The notes beneath the pieces are model-generated. The model was not told where the DNA came from. It made no database searches and saw only the letters and a list, made by a program, of their open reading frames with translations. A DNA stretch of 61,244 nt, filler included, from Dirinaria sp. TL-2023a (Eukaryota): NCBI GenBank assembly GCA_051941275.1. It is 9 parts of 9 records of this genome, joined end to end, with 100 filler letters (N's around TTAATTAATTAA, not from the genome) between each part and the next. Parts side by side here need not be neighbours in the genome. Positions count along the whole stretch, not along the records: positions 47,739 to 54,452 come from JAVEBF010001433.1; positions 54,553 to 61,244 come from JAVEBF010001434.1; 7 more parts are not named here. One strand, written 5' to 3'. Positions 47,739-60,749 of this stretch are shown here, one piece after another; the first letter of the stretch is position 1; every line of letters starts with the position of its first letter. Both the position numbers and the translations under genes were made by a program.

Positions 47739-48359
47739 GGACAGGCTTTCGACAAGTCCTACGAAAGGCTCCTGTTAGCTATGTGGATTCTGCTGCCATT
47801 TCTGGTTCGAGGTTTCAGTCTTGCCTTCGAGTGCGAATTTACTCGCCGAATAAGAAGCGATAGAAGGATCGCCTCGCCAACCCCATATCGAGCCGATGAA
47901 CACGAAGGTATCGCTGCGTTTGGCACGAAAATGGGGGAAAAGGCTTCGGGTAAGGTTCAATGGTCCGAAAAGATTTGTTGCCAATTGACGGGACAGGATA
48001 TCTGGCCTTGAAGTTTCTGTTAAATTGTGTCATATACTTTAAGATGAAAGGGGCGTTAACGACAACGCATACGTAAGTTCTTCGATGTAGCAGGTTTCCA
48101 TGTAGCCAGCGTTATTGACCGGCACGTCGATACCTCCATATATTTCCATAGCTTCGTGGACGACCTTCTCGACGTGCGCAGGAGAAGCACTGACATCCAG
48201 ATCTAATATTACCGCTCCTGTATCTCTTAGATGCTGAAGACGAGTAGAGTTTTGTCGCCCGGTAGCGATGACACGATCGCCACGCCTGAGGATGCCATGC
48301 ACAAATTGCTCGCCCATTCCTGAAGAGCAGCCAGTTACTAGCCACGTCAAAGGAGCCAT
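47739..48359 (-). CDS. Short-chain dehydrogenase/reductase, 3'-partial
   Basis: Exons 48359-48073, 48006-47825, 47758-edge. WLVTGCSSGMG, VNNAG and catalytic YSASK motifs. The second intron is GC-AG. Confidence 0.88.
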
Positions 48360-48927
48360 TGAAGCAATGAAGCTGTGAATGCTAGAAATCTTTTGATCAT
48401 CCTATGATCTAAAGGAGAAAATGCGTTCGGAGGGTCCGTAGCTAAGTAGCCGGCTGTTAGAGTTCATTATTTGGATGAAACTGAAGATAGGATTGCTGGA
48501 AGGGTCGTGTTCATTCAATACACATGGCCATGTCAAAACACTAGATAGGAGCAAAAGTGCTAGCAGCAGCAAGGAATCAAACAAGTCACAATTATGAATG
48601 ACAAGTGGCAAGAGAATAAAGGATGGCACTAAAAGTTTTCAACCAAAACCCCAGATGAGATGGATCGATGACTCTGAGCCTGATTGATCAAATGGGAAAA
48701 GGAGAACGCTGTGGGGGAATGACATCTAAAGATCGTCCGTAGTGAGTAGAAACGGGACAGTTACAAAGCTGGAGTGTGCGGGGTTGGCAAGATACCTACA
48801 TGCAGGAAAGTTGTGCCGCAGTGATGCCTAAGAACCTTGCTATGCTTTGCAGAATTGCTGCAGATTCAGGGTCGTACATTTATAAATGCGTATGCTGACA
48901 TTGACATTCTGCACTGTCAGAATGAGG

Positions 48928-49125
48928 CTAAAGGTTGCCGATTACAATTCGTGAAACAGATGAAATATCCGACTGAGCAGGATCAAGACTGAATCCTACC
49001 CAGATCCTCACAGCCGAGCGCTGTCTGTTGAAGGGTCTACCTCCATATTCCAGCATCTTGAAGAACCTCTCAACGCTGTTAAGAGGTTGCTCGAAGCTAC
49101 TAGTGGAGGTCTTTTTCCATAACAT
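48928..49125 (-). pseudogene. N-terminal remnant of a fungal CoA-dependent acyltransferase-like gene
   Basis: WKKTSTSSFEQPLNSVERFFK...GRPFNRQ resembles, from memory, the N-terminus of secondary-metabolism acetyltransferase-like proteins. The frame closes after about 65 codons. Confidence 0.4.
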
Positions 49126-50007
49126 TGTAAAGCGTTTCAGGAGAGAATCCAAACGCGTCGAGCTACTAACATTAAGTGCCTCGTATGAAAGATGAAATTA
49201 GCGTGATATACTGTATAGCGCCGAAAGTGAAAGCAGCCTGTAGAGGTCACGGCGATCTTTAGCTTCTAAAAGCTTTTGAGAGAGGGGCTTCTATCGAAGA
49301 CGTCGGCCTTTCGCAACCCACGGCCAGCCGCTACTGGCATTGTGCTTGAGGCTCTTAAATCGAAGCTGTCGAAGGATCTTAGCATTCTTGTTAAGGCTAT
49401 TGATGTCGGAATAGCCAATATATTAATTTGGCATCGACTCGCTCGTGGCCCTAGAGTTGAGTTTCTGGTGCATGAATAAGATGAGGCCTCAGGTTGCCAT
49501 CTTCGATATCATGCAAGGACAGAGCCTAAGCGCTCTTGCTGACTTCGCGGCAGGCAAGAGTGAATATAGCTCGCAGTTTTAAGATAATGCTATAGATTAG
49601 TGAGCGAGGTCGTGCGTCCAAATCGTGATAGGCATAAAAGCTTTCTGATTGAAAGTACGACTTTGGAGCTGTGAAAAGTATTCCATCCTCTAAAAGTGTA
49701 ACAGAACAAAGCATTTTCAAGAGCTTTGTCTCATGCCCTGGCAGGTTGCTGACTTCAAGCTCACAGTAATTCATGACTCAAATATGACGACGAAAAGTTG
49801 ACGGGCTACTTCACGAGTAAAGCGCCACTGTCATGAAAGCTAATAGCTAATATTGCACAGTATCACAGTGAGAGAATCTGAAGAGGATTGCTAGCCTGGT
49901 CCTAAGAAAAGTGTTTGTATCATCTCTTAAGTACTTTCCAATCGTTGACTATCTGGGTGAGCAGGGGACAAAAGCGTAGCTGTAGAGACTAAAGCTGCGC
50001 TGTATCT

Positions 50008-50816
50008 TCACCAGGGATAGACTCCATCTTTATGGATGAATTTACCAGCATCTGTATCTCGTTTCCCTTGTATCACTTTCAGAATGGCCTCCCCGGAAAC
50101 TTCTGGGTCTCCAGCTGTACCCCCTCCACTCCGTGCTTCTTCGCTCGTTCCACGAAGATTTGAACGTACGAACCCGGGACAGAACGCAAAGACCTTCAGA
50201 GCCGTCTCGCTGAACTCGATAGACTCCTGTAATGCCATCATGTTTAGGGCCGCCTTGCTTGCTCGATACGCTTCCGCATACGCCATATCGCGGTAGCCAA
50301 ATGAAGTTGGGTCGGATGCTCTGGTCAATGATCCCTGGCCGCTGCTCACGTAGATGGAGTATGGCTTTTGAGACTTGAGCAGTAACGGTCTGAAATACGC
50401 AGAGACTACCGCGGGTCCAATGACGTTGGTGTTCATACAAATTTGGAGGCGGGTTTTGATGTCCGGATCCCTGTTGCCGATGGCCGCGTTGTTCACTAGC
50501 ACGTCAAGGCCGCCGCATTCCCGAAGAACCTGGTCCGCGGCGGATTTGATTGATTGCTCGTCAGTGACATCGAGCTGGACAGTCGACAGGTGACCTTTAG
50601 GATTAGCGGCTAAGATCTCCGCCATCGCACTGTTCGCTTTCTCAATATCTCGGCTGGCTATGACGACATGGAAAGCTTCCGATGCACATGCTATCACCTT
50701 TGCTGCAGAGAAACCTACTCCGGAATTGGCCCCTGTACCATTTATATTAGTGAACGGTTACTTCTAAGTTTACTTTTGGTCCACTCACCAGTAATAAGCA
50801 CCGTCACGGTTGACAT
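50008..50816 (-). CDS. Short-chain dehydrogenase/reductase (~250 aa)
   Basis: Exons 50816-50789 and 50732-50008. VLITGANSGVG, LDVLVNNAA, YRASK, CPGFVRSNL and C-terminal VYPW motifs. Confidence 0.93.
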
Positions 50817-51449
50817 TTTGAGAGATATCAGAGTAGAGTAAGAGGAGATCATTTGCTTTAGCAGTCAAGTTTATGCTATTGAAATGGATTTTGAGAAGAG
50901 ATCCCACGATTATATATTAAAAAAAGAGCAACATGGCGCGTTGCTCCTACACAGACGAGCATTAGAGCGCTGAAAACTCGATCCCAAGGCACTAAGCATG
51001 ATCGGGAGAAACCCTCGAAGAATTACTACCGAAATAGAAGGTCTCCGTCGATACGCCTTAAGAGGTCCCTAAACATTTAGGCAATGGGAACTGGGAAGTG
51101 ACTAATCTCTTTAAGGAGAAACCCACGAGAGACGGAGGCGGACATAAGCGACGGACTTAAGAGGAGATAGGGGGCTGCCTTACTAATCATCAAGAGGTCA
51201 AAGTTGAGGTGCCCGGGCAGAGCTTCCTTGAGCTAACCAAATCGAGGAGAAAACTACGACGGGAGTAATGATCCTCCGTGATGCAGTCCAAGAGAATAAT
51301 GGAATGGGACAGGATTTTCTGCTGCACAGCACGCTAGAAATGTCAAGTTGGCGACTGTAAGCGCAACAACATAGTAAGATGATGATTGGCTTCTTCCTTG
51401 AAGTATTTGATTAGCCTTGCCGACCACAGAAGCTGCTAAATCAAGTGCT

Positions 51450-53037
51450 ATGCCGTTTCCTAGCTCAGGATGCCAGACATGCAAGATCCGACGGATCAAG
51501 GCAAGCGATTTACCACAGCTACAGCTAGATTCACATAACTGACGCGCCAATGCAGTGTGATGGAGCTCAGCCAGTGTGCCAGAAATGCTGCAATTCCAAG
51601 CGAGTATGCTCCGGGACGAGTAATGGACAAATAGGCGCCATGATCCACATTGAGAATTCTTATGCAAGCGGCCTAAGGAAGCGTCCAAGAGGGCCGCGTT
51701 CAACTCCGACGGTAGACACCACTAGTAAGCTAGACTTGATTTTGCAGCCTCCACTTGCGGATCTGAAAACGCAGGCAATCACATACTACGTACGCCATCA
51801 TTTGCAGACCCTAGAAGACATCCCAAGCATTTCAAAAGATGTCTCCAGTGCCGTTTTGCCTATATGGAGTTCCAAAGTGGAAACGCCGGTACTTGACCTT
51901 GCTGTGTCTTCTCTGGCTCTAGCTGTGTTTTCGCGAATTAAGCAGCACTCAAAAGCAGCCATAGAGGCTTCCCAAAATTATGAGCAGCTCCTCCAGCTGC
52001 TTCGAACAAAAATCCTCTCCTTGAATTCAGATACTATTGACACATGCCTGCTTGCCATTTTCCATATGAGTCGTTATGAGGAAGCCATACACCAATCTGG
52101 CCATTCTTATCCGAAAACCCCACTGAGAACAGCTTTGCGGAGCTTTTCCCATCATGATGGTGCATTGGCAATACTGAGAATATGGAGAGAACAGCTAAAT
52201 CACAGCGGGCCTGCGACAGATATCATAAAGCATACTAGGCGTGGGCTGATCAGATCAGCACTTTTAAGGAACCTCGCAGTGCCCGAGTGGATGCAGGACG
52301 GTGCCAAATTCGGCGAGCAAGGGCATGACCTGGAATACGATGGTATTGTTGTTCGAATTGCCACTCTCCGCCAGCGATTATCAACGCTTGTCAAGGACAA
52401 CCTATTTGCAGATCATCACTATCATGACGTCGCTTCAGTCGCTAAAGAGCTCAACAAGGAGGCAGTAGCTATCGACATCGCTTTGCAAAATTGGCGCAGC
52501 CACTTTTCAACCGCTTGGTATTATGAGCGACATGATCTACCAGATTCTTCTGCGTGGCCTACGAAAGATTTTTGGTCTCCTGTAGTTTACAGCTACGCCA
52601 GTATCCCGTACGCAGCCGTTTGGACCCAGTATTACGCAATGCGAATGCTTATCAACAGCACACACTTGACTATTTTTGAGTTTTTTGTGCCATTCTCTGA
52701 TAATCTTACTTGGAACCAACATTTGGATTGTCTGTCGAACATGAAACTTATGGGCGACGATCTGGCATCTAGTCTACCTTTCTGCCTTCAAAAGTTCAAA
52801 GTCACGAAAAGCTCCGAGTCATCCTACCATGGGAAATCGATTAAGCCAAGTACGAACGGAGATATTAAACCGCAGCTAGCTACTCTAATAGTGTGGCCTC
52901 TGACAATTGCTTCGAGTCTGAGAAACGTCGATGTTCAGCAAAGGTTGTGGTTCAGATCAGTACTTGCTCACTTGGGCAAACTGGTCGGCCTGAGTGTCCT
53001 TGAATGTGCAGAAGATGATCTATGGCTTGAGCTCTGA
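51450..53037 (+). CDS. Zn(II)2Cys6 transcription factor (~510 aa)
   Basis: Exon 51450-51500 (MPFPSSGCQTCKIRRIK) joins via a GC-AG intron to 51556-53037 (CDGAQPVCQKCCNSKRVC), completing the C6 cluster. The C-terminus has a fungal TF-like WPL motif. Confidence 0.92.
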
Positions 53038-54452
53038 ATAGAATTTGCGCGTCCAAGAATCGCAAGCATCGTTTTAGAGGCATCGTGACAGGCTATCTGT
53101 TCAACATCAGCGCAATCTTGCCCTGGCGTCTTATTGCGTATGCTACTTCGAACCTCCAAAATCCTTGCTGCAACGTATCCGCGTTGCGGCCCTGTCATAA
53201 TTCGGCGAGATCACCACTTTTCATCTTAATAGACCTACAAAGATAACCATCATAGGTAGAGCCACTAGGAACGTGCAAGAGCTGGCCGGAAAAACAAATG
53301 CATCGAGTTCAAGCTGGAATTTCCGGAACCAAGTTCATTTGAAACCAAATAATGGGAAATAAATCTTCCAATCTGCTGAGAACTCCTGTCACTTGAATTT
53401 GGACCTGAGCAGAACTCAGTCAGAGCTCAAGTTAAACCTTAGTAAAAAGAGCTCTAAATCCTTTTGGGCCTCTTTGCAAGGCCAAAGTGTAGCATACCAC
53501 ACAGAATCTTGAAGTATCTCACAGCAGATCCTTTACCACCAACGCACGGCTCGAAAGTTCTCATTGGTTGCTCAAAAGTAGCTACTCCTCAACAACTGCA
53601 CAATCGCAGAACGACTCAACATCAAATCCGACAGACGACTGTGCATGGACATATTTTCAAGGTGAATAGAAATTAGAACGAGACCCAACATCAAACTAGA
53701 AAATCTACTTGAAAGAGATCGCCGCTTTCAAGATACCGATCGCTAGCTCTCGAGCTTCGAAAGATTCGGTGATTGGGGTGGCATTATGGTCTAGCCTTGC
53801 CTCCCACAATGCAACATCCGCTGTCAGAGATTCCGTCGCAATTCTCCTTAACGCAGTGTTTCCTCAGATATTTGACTTGCAAGCTAGAGCAGCAGTAGAA
53901 TTTTGTCTCCAGCTTGAGGGAGACAGAAAGCACTACTCTAACTTAAGGTTGTCAAAAATGCTCGAAAAGACTCAAAGCGACGAGGATATTGAAAAGTGAA
54001 ACAAGAATCAAAACTCCTCTAGTGCTCCATTTATGATCTATCTGATTCGAAAGAATCGTAATCCAGCCAGGTATGGAGCAGCAAAAGAATGTAACGTACA
54101 TCGATAGACCTTCGAAAAACTTATGCACAGCCTGCAATGATACAGCATGATAAAAATAGATTGAGGCAGACGTGACGCAGAACTTGGAAGCAATTAGAGT
54201 CGACTATCTTCAGCGATACGAGTTACTTGCTATTACTACTCATTTACCATAAATCCATTGTGTTATATGAGCGGAGGTATTATTTTCGCCAACTCAATAG
54301 CTCCGCACCTCTGATTCTGATATTCTACCTAAGGTGCATAGCGATGGCTCAAGAAATGTCAGAATAAATCTTCTATCCCTGGATTCTATGCGCCCAATAA
54401 GAAATCAGTGGGCTTCCCCTTTGTCTAGCCTACTATATTAACATCTTCCCTC

Positions 54453-54552
54453 NNNNNNNNNNNNNNNNNNNNNNNNNNNNNNNNNNNNNNNNNNNNTTAA
54501 TTAATTAANNNNNNNNNNNNNNNNNNNNNNNNNNNNNNNNNNNNNNNNNNNN
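54453..54552. other. Artificial contig linker
   Basis: N44-TTAATTAATTAA-N44. Confidence 0.99.
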
Positions 54553-57500
54553 GAGTTATGAAGTTATGGAGGTAAGAGGAGATGGAGGTAAGCGGGATTG
54601 GAGGTGAAGATAGGGAGGTCTGTGAGTGGGGGTGGTTAGAAGGAGAGGATCGAGGATCGAGGATCGAGCGGGTTTCAGATGGAAGCTGAGCGGCATGGGA
54701 CGTGTGAAAAAGGGGAAGGTTGTCAAGTATGAAGGGTGTCGGAGACGAGCGCAGTGATAGAGTTAGCTAGGGATGGCAACGGCGATAGGGTCCATGGTCA
54801 CGATACTTCAAGAAGGGATGCACGAAAGAGTTATAGCATCACGATCTGGATCTTACTTGCGGAAAATATTGAGATTGGAAGGTTGGAGATTGATAGGAGG
54901 TTTTATTTAGGTTGTTGAGGGATAGTGTAGAAGATACAGGATCGTCTATCTTTATGAGATGTTAGCCTTTCTTTTTTTCTCTATGTATGGTTGTATGCAT
55001 AACTTGGAGCAATCAGGGACTTTTGTAGGCGTCAGACGGGGTGATGTGAGCTCTGATCCTTATTTGTTGTCCATGCTTTTGGTCGCGGACTCCCCTTTTC
55101 GAAGCGTGCAAGCTGTTACGTGCCTCCTTCTCTTAGTGGGTTCTTGTTCCGTGCCGGGGTGCAGGGTATTGAGGTCTTGCTTGGAGGGTATCTGAGAGGG
55201 GCTTCTTTCCCATGCTTTGTGGGATATGTATCGGGTCGGTTGGCTTTTTGGGGGCTGTTAGATTCAGGTTAATAAGTGCAGTATGTAAGGTCTGACCTTC
55301 GATTATAGGAACAGGTGTGTAGGTCTGGCATCGTCTTTTGATCATGTGTTCCAAGCACTAGTTTGCCAGCTGGGTATGCCCCACGATATGCTCATCGTAT
55401 GGGTTTATGGTATCTGAATTTCATTCTGTGTGGGGCGCTGCTGGCTAAGGCTTCGTTATTATCTAGTTCTGTTTGGTTTCGAAGGGGGTTGGCGTTACCG
55501 TATGTTTCTTTGTCTAATCATCATTGAGGATCCAAGCATCTGACGTTGAATCTTTGTTACTAAGTCTCACTGTCGTTCGATATCTTCGAATTGGTCTATG
55601 GGGCTCCTATGTGTGCGAAGCTCGAATGTCTGTAGCGCCTTTTCTTGTTAGATAATATCGAAGACTTTGAGCAGCGACATCGTACCATGGATGACGGTCT
55701 ATTGAGATATAAAACCGTACACCAAGTCCTTTAGAGGCGAAGACATCTTCGTGCTTGGGCTTCTCCCCAAGCCAATCCACATCGACCTTTGTAGATGATG
55801 GTTTGTATGCGTTGGAGTAAGAGGGTTTTTTCCTTGATAAAAAACGATCGACGAAGGCTTCCTTTTATGTCCTTCAAAGGTCTTCAAAATAGTCGTTCGG
55901 CCAGGAGGAAGAGGATATACGATCTTCTGATGTTCTGGATGGCGAGATAGAGCAGTGAAGGTTTTGCACGAGTGCCTGATCTTGGATTTCCGTCAGCTCA
56001 TGATACCCGTTAATGTTTACGAGAAGAAGGAAAGGAAATTGCTTAGGAGGCAATGTAAGGATGGGTTACTTGCTAACCATGCAGACGCTTATCCAGAGCG
56101 ATGTTCCAAGCACTGTGCTGCTCCAGCATGTGACCGCGGTCGTTGAACGAGATCCGGGATTGTAGGACTCGGTAGACTGAGGATCTGCTGGTGTGCTCGA
56201 TGTGCAGTGGTGGCTGAGCCCCTGCGCAGCTCTGAGAAGCTCCTCCGGTCGAGGTACTGATGGCGCAGGAGAAGGTCCAAAGAACATTCTGGAGACGAAC
56301 TTTGGGGCGACTCCATGAGAGGGGAAAGGGTGAAGAAAGCCTCAGAAAGCAGCTGACGATGTGGTCAGCTCAAGAGAGTTCATTTGATGTCGCTAGCTGG
56401 AAAAGCAGGAGTCTTAAAGCCGGCTGAAGTTGGGAGGGTCGCTGACAATACTCTATGTAGGAGAAAGGAGCATCAGCAAAGCCTCCAAGCATCGGCAAGT
56501 GTTGCGACGACATTATATTTCAGTACGCGCTTTGAACAATGAGGCTTTGTCTCTTCCAATCACGACTCGTCGATAGTTGCATAAGCGACGAGTGTGCAAT
56601 CCGCAGACTCATTACTGGTCTCTATCCTATTCTTGATGACAACAATAGAGAGGAATGTCCATAATAGCGTCATTTTTTTCTCTCTTGAAAGTCAGCTTCG
56701 AGAGTATCTAGTTCTAGCAAATGATAGAGATAGCTACATGCAAAGGCTTCAGAGAAGGATTCATTATCAGGATCTGGCTGTTATCATTGAATTGTACAAA
56801 CTATGGATGATTGATGAAAAGGATTATTTAGCAGCTCGGTGCTTCAAGTTGGATGGAATAAGTGCCAAATAAAATCCGAGTCCCTGTAAAGAAAGGATAT
56901 GTAACGCCTTACCAGCTAAGCAGTTATCTGCTTTCTCAATATTACTCTAGGTGAGAGCGGCTGCATCAGAAAGTTCGCCCACATAACTGTATGCGCGCAC
57001 ATGGAAGAAAGGCTTTGACGCTTGTTGTTATTGGTTTGCACTATGAAACCCTCTTGGTGTAAATGTAAGTTGCTGATAGGCAGGGACGTATTGGAGGTTC
57101 TCATAAAGGGAAATGTATTCCTGTACGAAACAAGGATATATTGTAAGTAGAACGAAAGCAAGGATACGAAAAGAAGCCTGCAGTCGAACAGTTCTCAGAT
57201 AGCTCAGGGTCTCACAGGTTGCCGGTATATGTCAGATGATTGGAACGTGGATAGGACGTGAACTCGTCTGCTGGGAGCAGAGGGGCATGAATTGAATCTA
57301 GTTACTCACATCTGATAAAGGTAGGTAAAAGAGCTTGCTCAAATATGATCAAATGGGATTCAATAATATGAATCAAAAGTCATAGTATTGTAAGTATGTT
57401 CAGGTCAGTAGGTCTGAATCAGAGTACTCAATGTTAAGGTTGAAATACTTATGAGGGCTTCAGAAAGTCGAGATAATGAACTCGTGCTCAACAGAAGCTT

Positions 57501-58634
57501 AAGCATCCCTAGACTGAGAATTCGGTCATATTTCATAAATGCTGGGCATCAAGGAGACCTGCTGCCCTAAGTGAGTAGCAGCCTAGCATGATATGTCTTG
57601 CTTTGATACTTCCATATTCGGTCCCGATTCTAGGTCTGATTCTGGCTGTAGGGCCGTTAACAGGCAATCATTTGGACTGTCAGACAAAGAGCCCAGATTC
57701 TAAGGTAAGTTTTTTATAGTGGTAAGGAGGTCGGAGGGTCCCTCTTTCTCGCACAGTGCACATACAAGCAATAGTTGTGTTCAAGGCAGAGCAGACACTG
57801 GGTAATACTCCTATGAAGAGAGGGAAAGAAACTCCTTCCGCAAGAAAAGGAGCTGTACTGAGATTCGCGTAATCCCACCATTGCCATATTGTAAGACAGA
57901 ATTAAGCTGGCTTGGAGAATATTGAAGCGCCAGGAAGGAATAGGAAACGGGTCGGTCATGGTATAAGTCTGAGAGGGTGAAAGATGCTCATAGTCACTTC
58001 ACTTGGCGTTGCCTAAGTGAATCTGGACACTCAGGAATTATGGAGATATGGCGTTGACTCACTTTCGTTGTTATAACACTCCCTACATCGAAGCCGTAAC
58101 TCTTTGTGTGTTGAGCTTCCGGCGTCTTCGAGCACCGGGTTCTCGCTCGCTTTTTCGCTGCGAATCACTCGAGGACTAGGTAATCCATGTAAGCCTGGAA
58201 TACCAGCCTAAAAACCAGATTCAGCATTGAGCAGTGACTGAGCGCATTTTGGACGCCTCGATTGCTAGTTTCTGAGATAAACGTCAATTCTGACAAGCCT
58301 TGGCAAGGAAAGAGCTTTCAATTAGCCCAGCACATACTATATCGTTGGGACCACGCTTGCTGGACCAAACATAGAACTTTACACCTCACTTTGAGTAGTG
58401 CCCGCAAAGATATTTTCATGCTGTCAATCGATTAACTGACACCCCTTTCTCAATCCGTTGTAGCGTCAAGACGAAGGACGCGACGGTCCAAGTCAAACAT
58501 TCATCTTCAGGTCAGCACATCAACGAAGACGAGCAGGATAACCCATTCGGCCTTCTGATTGCATGTCCAAATTCCTATCATAGTATCATCAGCCACAGCT
58601 GTGCCCTGCAGTGGTGCCTGCACATACTAGAACA

Positions 58635-60749
58635 ATGAGCAAGTTTACTAAGGATAAGACGGGCCTAAATGATCCGGTCGAGCCTGCCGAAACGGTCAAG
58701 CCTGCCGAATTGGACAAGCCTGAGCAAAAGCGTCTTGTCGAACAGCTGGGACAGGTCGCGTTGAGTATGTCAGACGATGGAGAGGCCGAGACGGCTACTC
58801 TAGAAAAGCCAAAGAAACGAGCTCGTTTGCCTCGCATGTTGAAAGAGTTGGGAGGTCATAATAAGGAGGCTGCTGCTGCGAGCCAAGACCAGTCTTCGAC
58901 GGATTTGCTAGAAGGGATGCATGGCACTCGGTCCACACGGCAAGGCTTACGTATGGCGGTGGATAATACAGCACAACAAGGCCGCAAGAGTCTGAACGAG
59001 CGGTATTTGATGCAACAGGAGCTTCGTGGTGCACGCTCGGGTCAGCAAAAGACGAAGAAGCAGGTGAAAAATAAGGTGAAGAAAGCCAAAGAGCCTAATT
59101 CCGAATTGGATTTCGGTTCCAGCGGTGACACCCCCAGCGAGGCTAGTCCAGTTCCTAGCGGTAACGACAAGGACTTTGCACCGAGTGACCAGACTCAATA
59201 CCTCGAACCTTCCCCTCCAACAAGAACCACTCGCAAGACAGCAAAGAACATGCAGGAGATCGAGATGGATACCACATCTGATTCTTCACGGCCAGAGAAG
59301 CTTTCATGGGATGAGAAGAAAGGTGAGTACGTATCCTAGATGGGTGTTTCCTACTAGGTTCGAAGACTAACAGATGCAAGATATCACGACCTGGATCCTG
59401 TCTCAGGGGCCTTACAAGTCGGACGCCGATATTAGAGATCCGAACACGGCAGCCTACTTCAACCAGATTTTCCCAGGATTCAATTTCTCCGTATCTGACG
59501 GTGTTCCCGTTTTTGCACCATCCCTCACGGTCTTTAACTACTTCTCAAGCTTCCTACTGAAAGTGGAGCAATGGTTTGGGCACCAGACCGGGGTCATCAA
59601 GATTATCATACCTGAAGGATGGTGAGGGTATCCATTTCGATTCCTGAATGCTCTTGCTTATATGGACACTGCCGTAGGGCGACTTACACTCCTGCATCCG
59701 ATGCTCTTGAAGCCACAGACGCCGTCAGCGCACATAGCACAGATATCTCGGAAAACGAAGGTTCTGGCCGGCTGGATGGCGTCTTCGATATCACTCCACA
59801 CCATCCACAATCTACTTCAGTGGCTACTTTCCTGGAAGCAATTAACGAGGATTATCGCACTATAGGCAGAGAATGGAAATCCGATGAGGAGGATATATGG
59901 AAAGCCAATCACCTGGCATCGATTGTCACTGAGCAGGCGGTTTTGACATCTGACTGTTGGCCCCGGCGTGAGGAGAAGCTGTTTGCGCAGAATGTTCCTG
60001 GTGAGACAGCAACATCTCTTCCGCTACAGAATTATCGACTGATACTGGGCCCAACAGGTACAGAGACCTTGCGCATTCAACTCGGCTGTGACAACCCTCG
60101 CTTTAATAACCTTGGAGGCAACAGCTTGCAGGAATCTTTTACCCGCAAAATCGGCGTCCACAGTCCCGTTTTTGACCTCTCAGGTGCAGCTGGTACGCTG
60201 TTTGGGATGCAAATAGCCGAGGTGGGGGCGTACAAGGTCGCCTACGTGCTCGACGGAGCGCCGCGGGTTTGGACTGTCGTCCGACCGTACGAATTCCAAA
60301 AGGTCGAAGCACTGATCCCCAGTACTCGGGAGTGCCATCAATCGGTCGGCCACAAAGAGCTCTCAGACGAGGGCGAGGAGATCCCCGGGGCGACCAAATA
60401 TGTCCCAAGCAAGACCTTGAGTGACAACGGGATCGAGCATACGAAGTTCGCCCAGTTCGATGGGGAAATGGTGATCCTATTCCCCTTCGCCTACCATCAA
60501 GGGTACAATGTTGGTCCCAACATTGTGGAGACAATGGCCTACGCCTCCGAGCGGTGGAAGGTGTTCCCCGTGGCCAATCTCATCAAGCAGTGCACCCGAG
60601 GCTGCTTCAAAGGCCGTCCGCCCAAACCGGTGGACCTGGGGTTCGCCAAACCCTCCCTCGTTGGCTCCGGCGGGCGCTCGCTGTCGGCGGAGGAGGCGAC
60701 GCAGCAGATCCTTTCGCAGTATCTCGCTCAATTCGGTACTCTGCAATAG
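58635..60749 (+). CDS. Divergent JmjN/JmjC (KDM4/Rph1-like) protein, probably catalytically inactive (~666 aa)
   Basis: Exons 58635-59322, 59381-59621, 59678-60749; the start is uncertain. JmjN VPVFAPS...GVIKIIIPEGW. JmjC GVHSP...GAPRVW...QFDGEMVILFPFAYHQGYNVGPNIVETMAYASERW. Confidence 0.85.

Noticed and set aside
45365..53037. IAT-like gene plus SDRs plus TF as one beta-lactam-like cluster
   Set aside because: The linker at 47639-47738 separates them onto unrelated contigs.
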